This document shows, in pieces, positions 29,669 to 40,321 of a DNA stretch of 64,000 nucleotides. Numbering within the stretch: the first letter of the stretch is position 1; the number at the start of each line of letters is the position of its first letter. The notes under the pieces are model-generated. The model did no database searches. It was not told the origin of the DNA and saw only the letters and a list, made by a program, of their open reading frames with translations. The position numbers and the translations under genes are program-made. The DNA comes from Anaeromyxobacteraceae bacterium. GTDB lineage: Bacteria > Myxococcota > Myxococcia > Myxococcales > Anaeromyxobacteraceae. The stretch spans positions 96,001-160,000 of the forward strand of contig JAULAX010000017.1 of the NCBI GenBank assembly GCA_032654565.1, read 5' to 3'.

Positions 29669-31408
29669 ATGCCGCTCCTCAACAAGGCCCTCTCGGTGGG
29701 CGCGCTGGTGGCCGTGTCCGGCGTCGCCTTCCTGGTGGCGTTCACCTTCTTCAAGAAGGGGGGCTACTCCGAGAAGGAGAGCTACGTCGTCCACGCCTTC
29801 TTCGAAGACGCCACCGGCCTCACCTGGAAGAGCCGGGTGCAGATCGCCGGGATCCAGGTCGGCGAGGTGGACAAGATCTCCCTGGAGGGGCAGCGGGCCC
29901 GACTGCAGCTGCGCATCAAGAACGGCGTGGAGCTCAAGACCAGCGCCTGCCTCACCAAGAGCTTCCCCTCGCCCCTGCTCCCCGACGCCCTCCTGGAGGT
30001 CTCGCTGGGGGCGGAGGGCGCGCCGTCCCTCTCCAGCCTGCCGCTGGAGCAGCGCGAGGTGAAGTGCGTCCGCGAGTCGGCCAGCACCCAGAAGCTGATC
30101 GAGTCGATGTCCAAGATCGCCGCCGACGTCCAGGTGGTGACCACCGAGCTCACCAAGCTGGTGGGCGACCAGCGCGGCTCGATGCGCGAGATCATCGAGA
30201 ACGTCGCGAACCTGACCCGGCGCCTCGACGCCACGGTGGAGGAGAACTCCGGGAAGCTCTCCCGGCTGCTCTCCAACGCCGAGGCCATCTCCGGCGACCT
30301 GCGCGACCTGACCGGCTCGGAGAAGGCCCACATCCGCGACATCGTCGGCAACATCGAGGTGGTCTCGCGGCAGCTGCGCCAGCTGCTGGCCAGCACCCAG
30401 TCGATCATCGAGGGCACCCCGGTCCCGGGCGCGGCCCCCGGCGCCATCCCCGGCCCCGGCTCGGCCCCTGGTGCGGCGGACGGCCTGGCGGCGGCCCCCT
30501 CCGGCCGTGCGGGGCAGGCCGGTCAAGGAGGACAGGCCAGCCAGGCGACCCAGGTCGGCCCCCCGGGCCCGGCCGGTCCCCCCGGCCCCGCCGGCGGCGA
30601 CGCCCGCGGTGTCCGCCAGGCCGTCGAGAAGGCCAACGACAGCCTGGCCCGGCTCGACAAGCTGATGGCCAAGCTGACCGAGGGGGACAGCGTGGTCGGC
30701 AAGCTGCTCAACGACGAGCGGCTCGGCAACAAGGTGGCCGACGCGGTGGAGACCTACACCAACTACGTCGACAACATGAGCCGGATGCAGATCGAGGTGC
30801 GGCTCCGCTCCGAGTGGCTGCTCAACCAGACCGCCGCCAAGACCTACTTCGGCATCCGCCTCCTGCCCCGGCCGGACAAGTACTACATCCTCGAGGTGGT
30901 CTCGGATCCGCGCGGCGTCGACAACATCGTCACCACCACCACCACCACGCGCGATCCCGCCGTGCCGGGCTCCGACGTCACCAACATCACCACCACCACC
31001 ACCCACGAGCAGAAGCTCACCTACTCGCTGCAGATGGCCAAGCGCTACGGCCCGGTCGCCTTCCGCGTCGGCATCATCGAGAGCTCGGGCGGGGTCGGCT
31101 CCGACCTGCACCTCTTCGACGACCGGCTGCAGGTCTCGGTCTCGGTCTACCAGTTCAGCCGCCCCTTCCCGGGGGTCTTCCCGCGCGCCAAGGTCTGGAT
31201 CAACTGGGCCTTCATGCAGCACTTCTTCATCACCGCCGGCACCGACGACTTCCTCAACCAGTGGCGCGCCGGGCGCTACCCCTTCGGCCCGCGCTTCTCC
31301 CCCAAGGCCGACGTCTTCCTCGGCGGCGGCATCCACTTCACCGACGAAGACCTGAAGATGCTGGTCGGCATGGGGGCCGCCTCGGCGGTGACCCCGGCCC
31401 TCAAGTGA
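29669..31408 (+). CDS. mlaD: MlaD/MCE-family protein with long coiled coil and Gly/Pro insert (alternative start 29663)
   Basis: N-terminal TM helix and MCE motif 'FEDATGLTWKSRVQIAGIQVGEV'. Follows mlaEF. Confidence 0.88.
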   Translation: MPLLNKALSVGALVAVSGVAFLVAFTFFKKGGYSEKESYVVHAFFEDATGLTWKSRVQIAGIQVGEVDKISLEGQRARLQLRIKNGVELKTSACLTKSFPSPLLPDALLEVSLGAEGAPSLSSLPLEQREVKCVRESASTQKLIESMSKIAADVQVVTTELTKLVGDQRGSMREIIENVANLTRRLDATVEENSGKLSRLLSNAEAISGDLRDLTGSEKAHIRDIVGNIEVVSRQLRQLLASTQSIIEGTPVPGAAPGAIPGPGSAPGAADGLAAAPSGRAGQAGQGGQASQATQVGPPGPAGPPGPAGGDARGVRQAVEKANDSLARLDKLMAKLTEGDSVVGKLLNDERLGNKVADAVETYTNYVDNMSRMQIEVRLRSEWLLNQTAAKTYFGIRLLPRPDKYYILEVVSDPRGVDNIVTTTTTTRDPAVPGSDVTNITTTTTHEQKLTYSLQMAKRYGPVAFRVGIIESSGGVGSDLHLFDDRLQVSVSVYQFSRPFPGVFPRAKVWINWAFMQHFFITAGTDDFLNQWRAGRYPFGPRFSPKADVFLGGGIHFTDEDLKMLVGMGAASAVTPALK

Positions 31409-31413
31409 GGCTT

Positions 31414-31594
31414 TAGTGCCCCGGCCCAGGCAAGATGCCTACTGCGAGCGCCGATACTCTCGCTGCGTCGGGCGGCCTCGTCGGTCCGCTGCTCAGCGTA
31501 GATTCACTACGCTTCCGCTGCTCCCTCCTCGGGCGCCAGCCTCGCTTCGGTCTCGACGCTCTCGTCACGGCATCTCGCCTGGGTCGGGGCACTA
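31414..31594. mobile_element. MITE-like element, 181 bp
   Basis: 26-bp terminal inverted repeats with 24/26 identity (TAGTGCCCCGGCCCAGGCAAGATGCC and GGCATCTCGCCTGGGTCGGGGCACTA). TA at both ends, central hairpin, no transposase. Confidence 0.75.
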
Positions 31595-31595
31595 G

Positions 31596-32120
31596 GTGCG
31601 GTCCTGGCAGAAGCTGGCGCTGGCCGGCCTGGCGGCGGTGGTGGTCGGCCAGGTGCTGGTCCGCGGCCCTTCCGGCGCCGGACCGGCCGTGGGCGCGGCG
31701 CCGCCCCCGTTCACCCTGCGCGCGGTCGGCGGCGAGGAGGTGTCGCTCGCCTCGCTGCGCGGCCGGGTGGTGGCGGTGAACTTCTGGGCCACCTGGTGCC
31801 CGCCCTGCCTGCGCGAGCTCCCCGAGCTCTCGGCGGCCCGCCAGGTGGACCAGGGACGCTGCCTGGAGGTGCTGGGCGTGGCCGAGGAGTCGGCCCGCGA
31901 CGACGTGGCCGCGGCGGCGGGGCCGCTGGGCTACCCGGTGCTCCTCGACGCCCGCGCCGAGGTGGCCACCGCCTGGGGCGTCACCGCCTACCCGCGCACC
32001 TTCCTGCTCGATCGCGAGGGGAGGGTGGCCCGGGTCTTCGAAGGCGCGCTCGACCGGCGCGAGCTGGAGGCGGCGGCGGCGCCGCTGCTGGCCCCGGGCT
32101 GCCGAGGGGCCGTCCGGTGA
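31596..32120 (+). CDS. TlpA/ResA-family thiol-disulfide oxidoreductase
   Basis: 'VNFWATWCPPC', cis-Pro 'YPRTFLLDREG'. Confidence 0.9.
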   Translation: MRSWQKLALAGLAAVVVGQVLVRGPSGAGPAVGAAPPPFTLRAVGGEEVSLASLRGRVVAVNFWATWCPPCLRELPELSAARQVDQGRCLEVLGVAEESARDDVAAAAGPLGYPVLLDARAEVATAWGVTAYPRTFLLDREGRVARVFEGALDRRELEAAAAPLLAPGCRGAVR

Positions 32121-32317
32121 GCCGGCGCTGCCCGTCCTGCCGCCAGCCGGTCGGCGACCGGGGCGTCAACCCGGCCTTCCCCTTCTGCTCGGGGCGGTGC
32201 CGGCTGATCGACCTGGGCAGGTGGTTCGACGGCCAGTACCGCGTCCCGGGCGAGCGCGCCGGCGACGGCGAGCCTGGCCCCGGCGGCGGCGGGGGCGATC
32301 CCCCGGAGGGGCACTGA
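32117..32317 (+). CDS. yacG: DNA gyrase inhibitor YacG
   Basis: 'CPSC...FPFCSGRCRLIDLGRWFDGQYRVPG'. Confidence 0.9.
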   Translation: MSRRCPSCRQPVGDRGVNPAFPFCSGRCRLIDLGRWFDGQYRVPGERAGDGEPGPGGGGGDPPEGH

Positions 32318-32352
32318 TCCGGCGCCCTGATCCGGCGCCCTGATTCGGCGCC
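32314..32352. repeat. 13-bp tandem repeat x3 starting at the yacG stop
   Basis: CTGATCCGGCGCC x2 followed by CTGATTCGGCGCC. Confidence 0.85.
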
Positions 32353-32382
32353 CCGCCCCCGTTATGGTATGAGCCCGCCGCG

Positions 32383-33123
32383 ATGGGCTTCGTCGATCTC
32401 CACTGCCACCTCCTCTGGGCCCTCGACGACGGCGTCGAGACGCCGGAGGAGGCCGTGGCCGCCGCCCGGCTGCTGACCTCGCTGGGGTTCACCGACGCCG
32501 CCCCCAGCCCCCACGCCCACCCCGACATGCCCTCCCGCGACGCCGCGCTCTGCGACGCCCGCCGGGGCGAGCTGGCGGCGCTGCTGGCCGCGGAGCAGGT
32601 GCCCCTGCGGCTGCACCAGAACGCCGAGAACAAGCTGGACCACACCTTCCTGGAGCGGCTCGACCTGGCCGGACGGCGCGGCATCGGCGCGAGCCAGCGC
32701 TGGGTGCTGGTGGAGCTGCCCTTCCGCGGGGCCGTGCCGGCGCTCCCGGAGCTGGTCTTCCGCCTGCGCCGCCGCGACGTGATCCCGCTCTTCGCCCACC
32801 CGGAGCGCTGCCAGGAGTTCGAGCGGCCGGGCCGGGCCGCCGAGGTGGTGCGGCTGGGGGGCGGGCTGCAGCTCAACGTCGGGGCGCTGACCGGGCTCTA
32901 CGGGCTGACCTCCCGCAAGCTGGCCGAGTCGTTCCTCGACGAGGGGCTCTACGCGGTGGCCGCCACCGACCTGCACCGGCCCGACGGCGCCGAGGAGTGG
33001 GTGCCGGAGGCCATGGAGGCGCTGGAGCAGCGCGGCGGCGACGGCACGCTGGAGCGGCTCTTCGCCACCAACCCCCGCCGCGTCCTGGCCGGGGAGGAGC
33101 TGGTCGGCGGGGAGGGCGGGTGA
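32383..33123 (+). CDS. CpsB/CapC-type PHP tyrosine-protein phosphatase
   Basis: 'DLHCHLLWALDDG', 'SPH', 'AHPERC', 'ATDLH'. Confidence 0.88.
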   Translation: MGFVDLHCHLLWALDDGVETPEEAVAAARLLTSLGFTDAAPSPHAHPDMPSRDAALCDARRGELAALLAAEQVPLRLHQNAENKLDHTFLERLDLAGRRGIGASQRWVLVELPFRGAVPALPELVFRLRRRDVIPLFAHPERCQEFERPGRAAEVVRLGGGLQLNVGALTGLYGLTSRKLAESFLDEGLYAVAATDLHRPDGAEEWVPEAMEALEQRGGDGTLERLFATNPRRVLAGEELVGGEGG

Positions 33124-34214
33124 AGCGCGCCGTCCAGTCGCTGCTGGGGATCGGCGTCTCGGTGGTCGCCGTCTACCTCACCTTCCGCGGCAAGGACCTC
33201 GGCGCCATCTGGCTGGCGGTGCAGGCCGGCGACTACCGCTACCTGCCGGTCTACCTGGCCACGCTGCTGGTCATCCACCTGCTGCGCACCGTCCGCTGGG
33301 GCCTCCTGCTGGAGCCGGTGGCCGACATCCCCTTCGCCCGGCTCAACGCGGCCTCGGCGGTCGGCTTCACGGCCCTGCTGGTGCTCCCCTTCCGGCTCGG
33401 CGAGTTCGCCCGGCCCTACCTGATCGCCGAGCGGCCGCGGCTGCGCGTCTCCACCGCCCTCTCCACGGTGGTGGTGGAGCGGGTGGCCGACGGCATCTTC
33501 ACCGCCATGCTGCTGCTGGTGACGCTCTTCGCGGTGCCGGAGGGGACGCCCCGCCTCGCCGAGATCCGCAAGGCCGGCGTCGTCATGGCGGCCCTCTTCG
33601 GCGGGCTGCTCACCTTCCTGGTGGTGGCCTACCGGAGCCGGGAGCTGGCGGTCCGCTTCGTGACCCGGCTGCTCCACCCCGTCTCGCCGCGCCTGGCGGA
33701 GCGGGCCGGCGGCATGCTCGACGCCTTCATCCGCGGCCTGCGGCTGGTGCCCGGAAGGCGCAAGCTGGGGCTCTTCCTGCTCCTCACCGCCGCCTACTGG
33801 GCGCTCAACGGCTGGGGGATGCAGCTGATGGCCCGGGCCTTCGCCATCGACATCCAGCTGGTCGACGCCTACACCATCCTCGGCGTGCTGGTGGCCGGCA
33901 TCATGATCCCGGCCGGGCCGGGCATGGTGGGCACCTTCCAGCTGGCGGCGGTCTTCGGCCTCTCGCTCTTCGTCCCCGAGGCGGTGGCCCACACCCGCGG
34001 CGTGGCCTGGGCCAACGTGCTCTGGGCCTCCCAGGTCGGCTTCCAGCTGCTGCTCGGCGCCATCTTCGTCTTCTCGCCGCACATCCAGGTGGCGCGCATC
34101 TTCACCTCGCCGGAGGGCACCGCCGATGCGCTCGCCGTCGAGGAGGCGGAGGCGATCGACCAGGAGCGGCGGGCCGGTCCCCCGGGCGGCCAGCCGCCGC
34201 CCGCGGGCGCTTGA
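33120..34214 (+). CDS. Lysylphosphatidylglycerol synthase TM-domain / flippase-like membrane protein
   Basis: Multiple TM helices, 'RTVRW', 'LPFRLGEFAR', 'ERVAD', 'PAGPGMVGTF'. Confidence 0.8.
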   Translation: MKRAVQSLLGIGVSVVAVYLTFRGKDLGAIWLAVQAGDYRYLPVYLATLLVIHLLRTVRWGLLLEPVADIPFARLNAASAVGFTALLVLPFRLGEFARPYLIAERPRLRVSTALSTVVVERVADGIFTAMLLLVTLFAVPEGTPRLAEIRKAGVVMAALFGGLLTFLVVAYRSRELAVRFVTRLLHPVSPRLAERAGGMLDAFIRGLRLVPGRRKLGLFLLLTAAYWALNGWGMQLMARAFAIDIQLVDAYTILGVLVAGIMIPAGPGMVGTFQLAAVFGLSLFVPEAVAHTRGVAWANVLWASQVGFQLLLGAIFVFSPHIQVARIFTSPEGTADALAVEEAEAIDQERRAGPPGGQPPPAGA

Positions 34215-34240
34215 CGGCGTCGGGGCCGAGGCCCTATAAC
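34211..34240 (+). promoter_or_regulatory. Sigma70 promoter of tRNA-Met
   Basis: TTGACG-N18-TATAAC followed by a GC-rich discriminator. Confidence 0.65.
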
Positions 34241-34277
34241 CCCGCGTCCTTGCGGCGGTTGCTCGCCGGGAGACTTC

Positions 34278-34354
34278 GGTGAGGTAGCTCAGTCGGCTAG
34301 AGCGGGGGTCTCATAATCCCCAGGTCGGGAGTTCGATTCTCCCCCTCATCACCA
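34278..34354 (+). tRNA. tRNA with CAU anticodon (elongator Met likely, Ile2 not excluded)
   Basis: 77-nt cloverleaf with loop CTCATAA, GTTCGATTC and CCA. G1-C72 is paired, so it is not the initiator. Confidence 0.93.
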
Positions 34355-34375
34355 GACACGCAGCCTCGAAGTGAG

Positions 34376-34412
34376 ACGGCCCGCCGACCTCCTGGTCAGC
34401 GGGCCGTTGCTT
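34376..34412 (+). terminator. Putative intrinsic terminator after the tRNA
   Basis: ACGGCCCGCCGACC-TCCT-GGTCAGCGGGCCGT stem followed by TGCTT. Confidence 0.55.
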
Positions 34413-34477
34413 GTCGGCGGCCGGCTTGGTGCGGGAGCTCCCGGGTCCGGTAGACTGGCCCCGGCCCCGGAATCCCC

Positions 34478-35236
34478 ATGCCCCGCCTCGCCTCGCTCGC
34501 CCTCGCGCTCCTGCTCGTCGCCCCGGCCCCGGCGCACACCACCGTCGTGGTCGCCGCCGCCGCCAACCTCAAGGCGGCCGCGGTCGAGCTGAAGCAGGCC
34601 TTCGAGGCGGTGAGGCCGGACGTCGAGGTGGCGCTCACCTTCGGGGCCTCGGGGACGCTCTTCGCCCAGGCCCAGAACGGCGCCCCCTTCGACCTCTTCC
34701 TCTCGGCCGACCGCGAGCTCCCCGCCCGGCTCATCGCGGCCGGGCTCGCCAGCGCCGCCGACGAGCGGACCTACGGCTTCGGGCAGCTGGTGGCCTGGCT
34801 GCCGCCCGGCTCGACCATCGACCTGGAGCACCGGGGGCTCGCGGCGCTGGCCTCGCCGGAGGTGAAGCGGGTCGCCATCGCCAACCCGGCCGTGGCACCG
34901 TTCGGGCGCGTCGCCATGACCGCGCTGGAGCGGGCCGGGGTGGCCGCGGCGGTGAAGGAGAAGCTGGTGCTCGGCACCAGCGTGGCGCAGGCGGCGCAGT
35001 TCGCCTCGGCCGGGGCCGCCGACGTGGCCCTGCTTCCCCGCTCGCTCACCCTCGGCCCCGGGCTGCGGGAGGGGCGGGTGGTGCCTGTCCCCGCGTCGCT
35101 CGCCCCACCGCTCGCCCAGTCCGGGCTGGTCCTCGCCGGCGCCCGGGAGCCGATGCTGGCGCGCGCCTTCCTCGACTTCCTCACCGGGGAGAAGGGGCGG
35201 GCCATCCTCTCCAGGTACGGCTACGCTCCGCCTTGA
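34478..35236 (+). CDS. modA: Molybdate ABC transporter substrate-binding protein
   Basis: 'AAAANL', 'FGASG', 'GAPFDLFLSAD', 'AIANPAVAPFG'. Confidence 0.93.
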   Translation: MPRLASLALALLLVAPAPAHTTVVVAAAANLKAAAVELKQAFEAVRPDVEVALTFGASGTLFAQAQNGAPFDLFLSADRELPARLIAAGLASAADERTYGFGQLVAWLPPGSTIDLEHRGLAALASPEVKRVAIANPAVAPFGRVAMTALERAGVAAAVKEKLVLGTSVAQAAQFASAGAADVALLPRSLTLGPGLREGRVVPVPASLAPPLAQSGLVLAGAREPMLARAFLDFLTGEKGRAILSRYGYAPP

Positions 35237-35238
35237 GA

Positions 35239-35913
35239 ATGGACACCGACGCCCTCACCCTCTCGATCGAGCTGGCCAGCCTCACCACGGTCATCCTGCT
35301 GGCGCTCGGGCTGCCGCTGGCCTGGTGGCTGGTGACCAGCCGCTGGCGCGGGAAGTTCCTGGTGGAGGCGGTGGTGGCGCTCCCGCTGGTGCTGCCGCCC
35401 ACGGTGCTGGGCTTCTACCTGCTGGTCGGCCTCGGCCCGCGCAGCCCGGCCGGCCAGCTCTTCGCGGCGGTGGCCGGCCACCCGTTCCCGTTCTCCTTCG
35501 CCGGCCTGCTGCTGGCCTCGGTGCTCTACAGCCTGCCCTTCGCGGTGCAGCCCTTCGCCGGGGCCCTGGCCGGCGTCGATCCCCGGCTGGTCGAGGCCTC
35601 GCACACCCTGGGCGTCTCCCGCCTGGCCACCTTCTTCCGGATCACCCTCCCGCTGGCCTGGCCGGGGGTGCTGGCCGGCGCGGTGCTGACCTTCGCCCAC
35701 ACCCTGGGCGAGTTCGGCGTGGTGCTGATGGTGGGGGGCAACATCCCCGGCCGGACCCGCACCCTCTCGGTGGCCATCTTCGACCACGTCGAGGCGCTCG
35801 AGTACGCCGAGGCGCACCGGACCGCGGGGCTGCTGCTGGCCGTCTCCTTCGCCGTCCTGGCCCTGGTCTACGCGCTGCAGCGCCGGAGGGTCCTCCAGTG
35901 GAACGGTCGCTGA
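35239..35913 (+). CDS. modB: Molybdate ABC transporter permease
   Basis: 'LPLVLPPTVLGFYLL', 'FAHTLGEFG'. Confidence 0.95.
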   Translation: MDTDALTLSIELASLTTVILLALGLPLAWWLVTSRWRGKFLVEAVVALPLVLPPTVLGFYLLVGLGPRSPAGQLFAAVAGHPFPFSFAGLLLASVLYSLPFAVQPFAGALAGVDPRLVEASHTLGVSRLATFFRITLPLAWPGVLAGAVLTFAHTLGEFGVVLMVGGNIPGRTRTLSVAIFDHVEALEYAEAHRTAGLLLAVSFAVLALVYALQRRRVLQWNGR

Positions 35914-36998
35914 GCTTCGAGATCGTCCGCCGCTTCGCGGCCGGTCCGGGGGTGGCCGCCCGGGGCCGGTGGCCGCTCCACGGGGCGCCGGTCACCGTCC
36001 TCTTCGGCCCCTCGGGCTCGGGCAAGACCACCGTGCTGCGGGCCCTGGCCGGGCTCGACCGCCCGGACGCCGGGGCCATCAGCTTCGGCGGCGAGACCTG
36101 GTTCGACGCGGTCCGGTCGATCGATCTCCCGCCCCAGGCCCGCGGCGTCGGCCTGCTCTTCCAGGAGTACGCGCTCTTCCCCCACCTCTCGGTGGCCGCC
36201 AACGTGGGCTACGGGCTGCACCGGCTCTCCCGGCCGGCGCGGGAGGCCAGGGTGTCCGAGCTGGCGACGACCTTCGGCCTCTCCGAGCTGCTGCGCCGCC
36301 GCCCCTCCGAGCTCTCCGGCGGACAGCGGCAGCGGGTGGCGCTGGCCCGGGCCCTGGCGCCGCGGCCGCGGCTGCTCCTCCTCGACGAGCCGCTCTCCGC
36401 CCTCGACGCCCCGACCCGCGAGGCGCTGCGCGGCGAGCTGCGCCACCTGCTGGAGCAGGCGGGCGTGCCGGCCATCGTGGTCACGCATGACCGCGTCGAG
36501 GCCCTGGCGCTCGGCGACCGGCTGGCGGTGCTGGTGGACGGCACCATCCGGCAGGTGGGTCCGGTCCACGAGGTCATCTCCGGGCCGGCCGACGTCGAGG
36601 TGGCGCGCGCGGTGGGCACCGAGAACGTCCTACCGGCGAGGCTGGCGCGGCGCGAGGAGGGATTGGTGGTGCTGCGGGCCAGCGGGTCCGGCGAGGTCGA
36701 GCTGGTGGCGGTCGACCCCGGCGGCCTCGAGGAGGAGGCCTACGCCTGCTTCCGCGCCGAGGAGGTGGTGCTCGAGCCGGGCGACGGCCACGCCTCGTCG
36801 GCCAGGAACCGGCTGGCCGGGGTGGTGGCGTCGCGCCGGGACGAGGGGCCGCTGGCCCGGATCACGGTGGACTGCGGGGTGATGGTGGTGGCGCTGGTCA
36901 CCCGGTCCAGCGCCGACCGGCTCGGGCTGGCGGCGGGGTCGGCGGTGGTGGCCGTGATCAAGGCGCCCTCGGTCCGGATCGTCCCGCGCCGGGCCTGA
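35898..36998 (+). CDS. modC: Molybdate ABC ATPase with TOBE domain
   Basis: GPSGSGKT, LSGGQ and a C-terminal TOBE ('SSARNRL', 'VIKA'). Confidence 0.9.
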   Translation: MERSLSFEIVRRFAAGPGVAARGRWPLHGAPVTVLFGPSGSGKTTVLRALAGLDRPDAGAISFGGETWFDAVRSIDLPPQARGVGLLFQEYALFPHLSVAANVGYGLHRLSRPAREARVSELATTFGLSELLRRRPSELSGGQRQRVALARALAPRPRLLLLDEPLSALDAPTREALRGELRHLLEQAGVPAIVVTHDRVEALALGDRLAVLVDGTIRQVGPVHEVISGPADVEVARAVGTENVLPARLARREEGLVVLRASGSGEVELVAVDPGGLEEEAYACFRAEEVVLEPGDGHASSARNRLAGVVASRRDEGPLARITVDCGVMVVALVTRSSADRLGLAAGSAVVAVIKAPSVRIVPRRA

Positions 36999-37173
36999 CG
37001 ACGCCACGCAGCCGGGCCCGGCCAGGTGGTGGGACCGGCGGCCTGGCCGCGACGGGCGCGGCGGCGGCCGTTGACGCTGCACGTCATGCCAGGCCGGCCT
37101 CCTCGGGCGGCCGCGGTATCGCCCCCGAGCCTTCCCCCTTCCGTTTTCGCCCCCGAGCGGCTACTGGATCCGC

Positions 37174-38856
<1,683 letters not shown>

Positions 38857-38889
38857 GCCCCGGCCCGGCGGCGAGGGGCGGGCGGGCGC

Positions 38890-39633
38890 GTGGGAGACTG
38901 GACCGACGGCTACTACGGCAGCGAGCTCTACCTCGCCACCGCCGCGCACCTGCTGACCCCCGCGCTCACCTCCGTCGAGGCCGACCGGCTGGTGGCGCTG
39001 CTCGGGCTGACGCCGCGCCACCGGGTGCTCGACCTCGGCTGCGGCCACGGCCGCCACGCCCGGGCGCTGGCGGGGCGGGTGGGGTGGTGCTGCGGGCTGG
39101 AGCGCTGGCCGGAGCCGCTGCGCCGCGCCGGGCCGCCGCCGGCGGGGGTGGCCTGGCTGCGCGCCGACCTGCGGGCTGTGCCGTTCCGTGAAGCCTGCTT
39201 CGACGCCGCCTTCAGCTGGTACGCCTCGCTCTTCATGTGGGACGACGCCGCCAACGAGGGGGCGCTGGCGGCGGCGGGCAGGCTGCTGCGGCGCGGCGGC
39301 CGGCTGCTGGTCCACCACGCCAACCCGCTGGCGCTGGCGCTGGAGCCACAGGCCACCGCCGCCTGCACGCTGGCGGATGGCCGGCGGGTGGAGGAGAGCT
39401 CCCGCTTCGACCCGGCCACCGGCGTGGACCGGTGCGCTCGACGATTGGTGCGACCGGACGGAAGCCTTCTGGAAGGGACCGCCCAATTGCGGTACTACAG
39501 TCCAGCGGAGTGGGAGCCCCTCGCCAGGCGCGCGGGACTCCGCCTCGCGGCCGTGACCAGCACCACCCCGCCCCCTGGCGGCCGGCTCGGACCCGAAGCG
39601 CCGGACCTCATCGCCTTGCTGGAGAAGACATGA
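38890..39633 (+). CDS. Class I SAM-dependent methyltransferase
   Basis: '[11 protein letters not shown]', 'ADLRAVPF...FD'. Confidence 0.85.
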   Translation: MGDWTDGYYGSELYLATAAHLLTPALTSVEADRLVALLGLTPRHRVLDLGCGHGRHARALAGRVGWCCGLERWPEPLRRAGPPPAGVAWLRADLRAVPFREACFDAAFSWYASLFMWDDAANEGALAAAGRLLRRGGRLLVHHANPLALALEPQATAACTLADGRRVEESSRFDPATGVDRCARRLVRPDGSLLEGTAQLRYYSPAEWEPLARRAGLRLAAVTSTTPPPGGRLGPEAPDLIALLEKT

Positions 39634-40049
39634 GCACCGTGAACCGTCAGCTCCGCATCCTCGTCGCCAAGCCCGGCCTGGACGGCCACGACCGCGGCGC
39701 CAAGATCATCGCTCGGGCGCTCCGCGACGCCGGCTTCGAGGTCATCTACACCGGCCTGCACCAGACGCCGGAGATGATCGTGGCCACCGCCATCCAGGAG
39801 GACGTCGACGCCGTCGGCCTCTCCATCCTCTCCGGCGCCCACATGACCATCTTCCCGGCGGTCATCGAGCTGCTGGCGGCGCAGAAGGCGGCCGACATCA
39901 AGGTCTTCGGCGGCGGCATCATCCCCCAGGACGACGTGCCCAAGCTGAAGGCCAAGGGGGTGGCCGAGCTCTTCCTGCCGGGGACCTCGACGCAGACCAC
40001 CGTCGAGTGGATCCGCGCCAACGTGAAGCCACGAGGGGCGGCTGCGTAG
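39630..40049 (+). CDS. Methylmalonyl-CoA mutase small (B12-binding) subunit
   Basis: '[11 protein letters not shown]' (DxHxxG), 'GLSILSGAH', 'GGIIP'. Confidence 0.95.
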   Translation: MSTVNRQLRILVAKPGLDGHDRGAKIIARALRDAGFEVIYTGLHQTPEMIVATAIQEDVDAVGLSILSGAHMTIFPAVIELLAAQKAADIKVFGGGIIPQDDVPKLKAKGVAELFLPGTSTQTTVEWIRANVKPRGAAA

Positions 40050-40321
40050 CTGGCACGCCCTCTGGGCGTGCCGTCTGTGGCGTTGAGAGGGTCTAGCCCA
40101 ATTGGCGCGTCCCGCAGGGCGCGCCGCAGGTGGTGTTCAGAGGGTCCAGCCCATTTGGCGCATCCCGCAGGGTGCGCCGCAGGTGGTGTTCAAAGGGTCC
40201 AGCCCGACTGGCGCGTCCCGCAGGGCGCGCCGCAGGTGGTGTTCAAAGGGTCCAGCCCGACTGGCGCTTCTCGGAACCGCCGAGACACCACAAGCGGCGC
40301 GCCCTGCGGGACGCGCCAATT
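40046..40321. repeat. REP/BIME-like hairpin repeat array
   Basis: GTAG plus a 9-bp hairpin (40046-40072). Then 53-bp direct units at 40088, 40141 and 40194, a partial unit at 40247, and an inverted partial copy at 40294-40321. Confidence 0.85.

Noticed and set aside
31435..31779. 114-aa ORF between mlaD and tlpA
   Set aside because: It lies largely within the MITE, overlaps tlpA out of frame and has no protein motifs.
34278..36998. modABC as an island integrated at tRNA-Met
   Set aside because: No integrase, no duplicated tRNA 3' end was seen, and codon usage looks native.
37071..37086. TGACG-N5-CGTCA palindrome upstream of the mutase as an operator or cobalamin riboswitch
   Set aside because: Too short to be significant in GC-rich DNA, and no B12-box was recognisable.
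40088..40267. 53-bp repeats as a CRISPR array
   Set aside because: The units are contiguous with no unique spacers, and there are no cas genes in the window.
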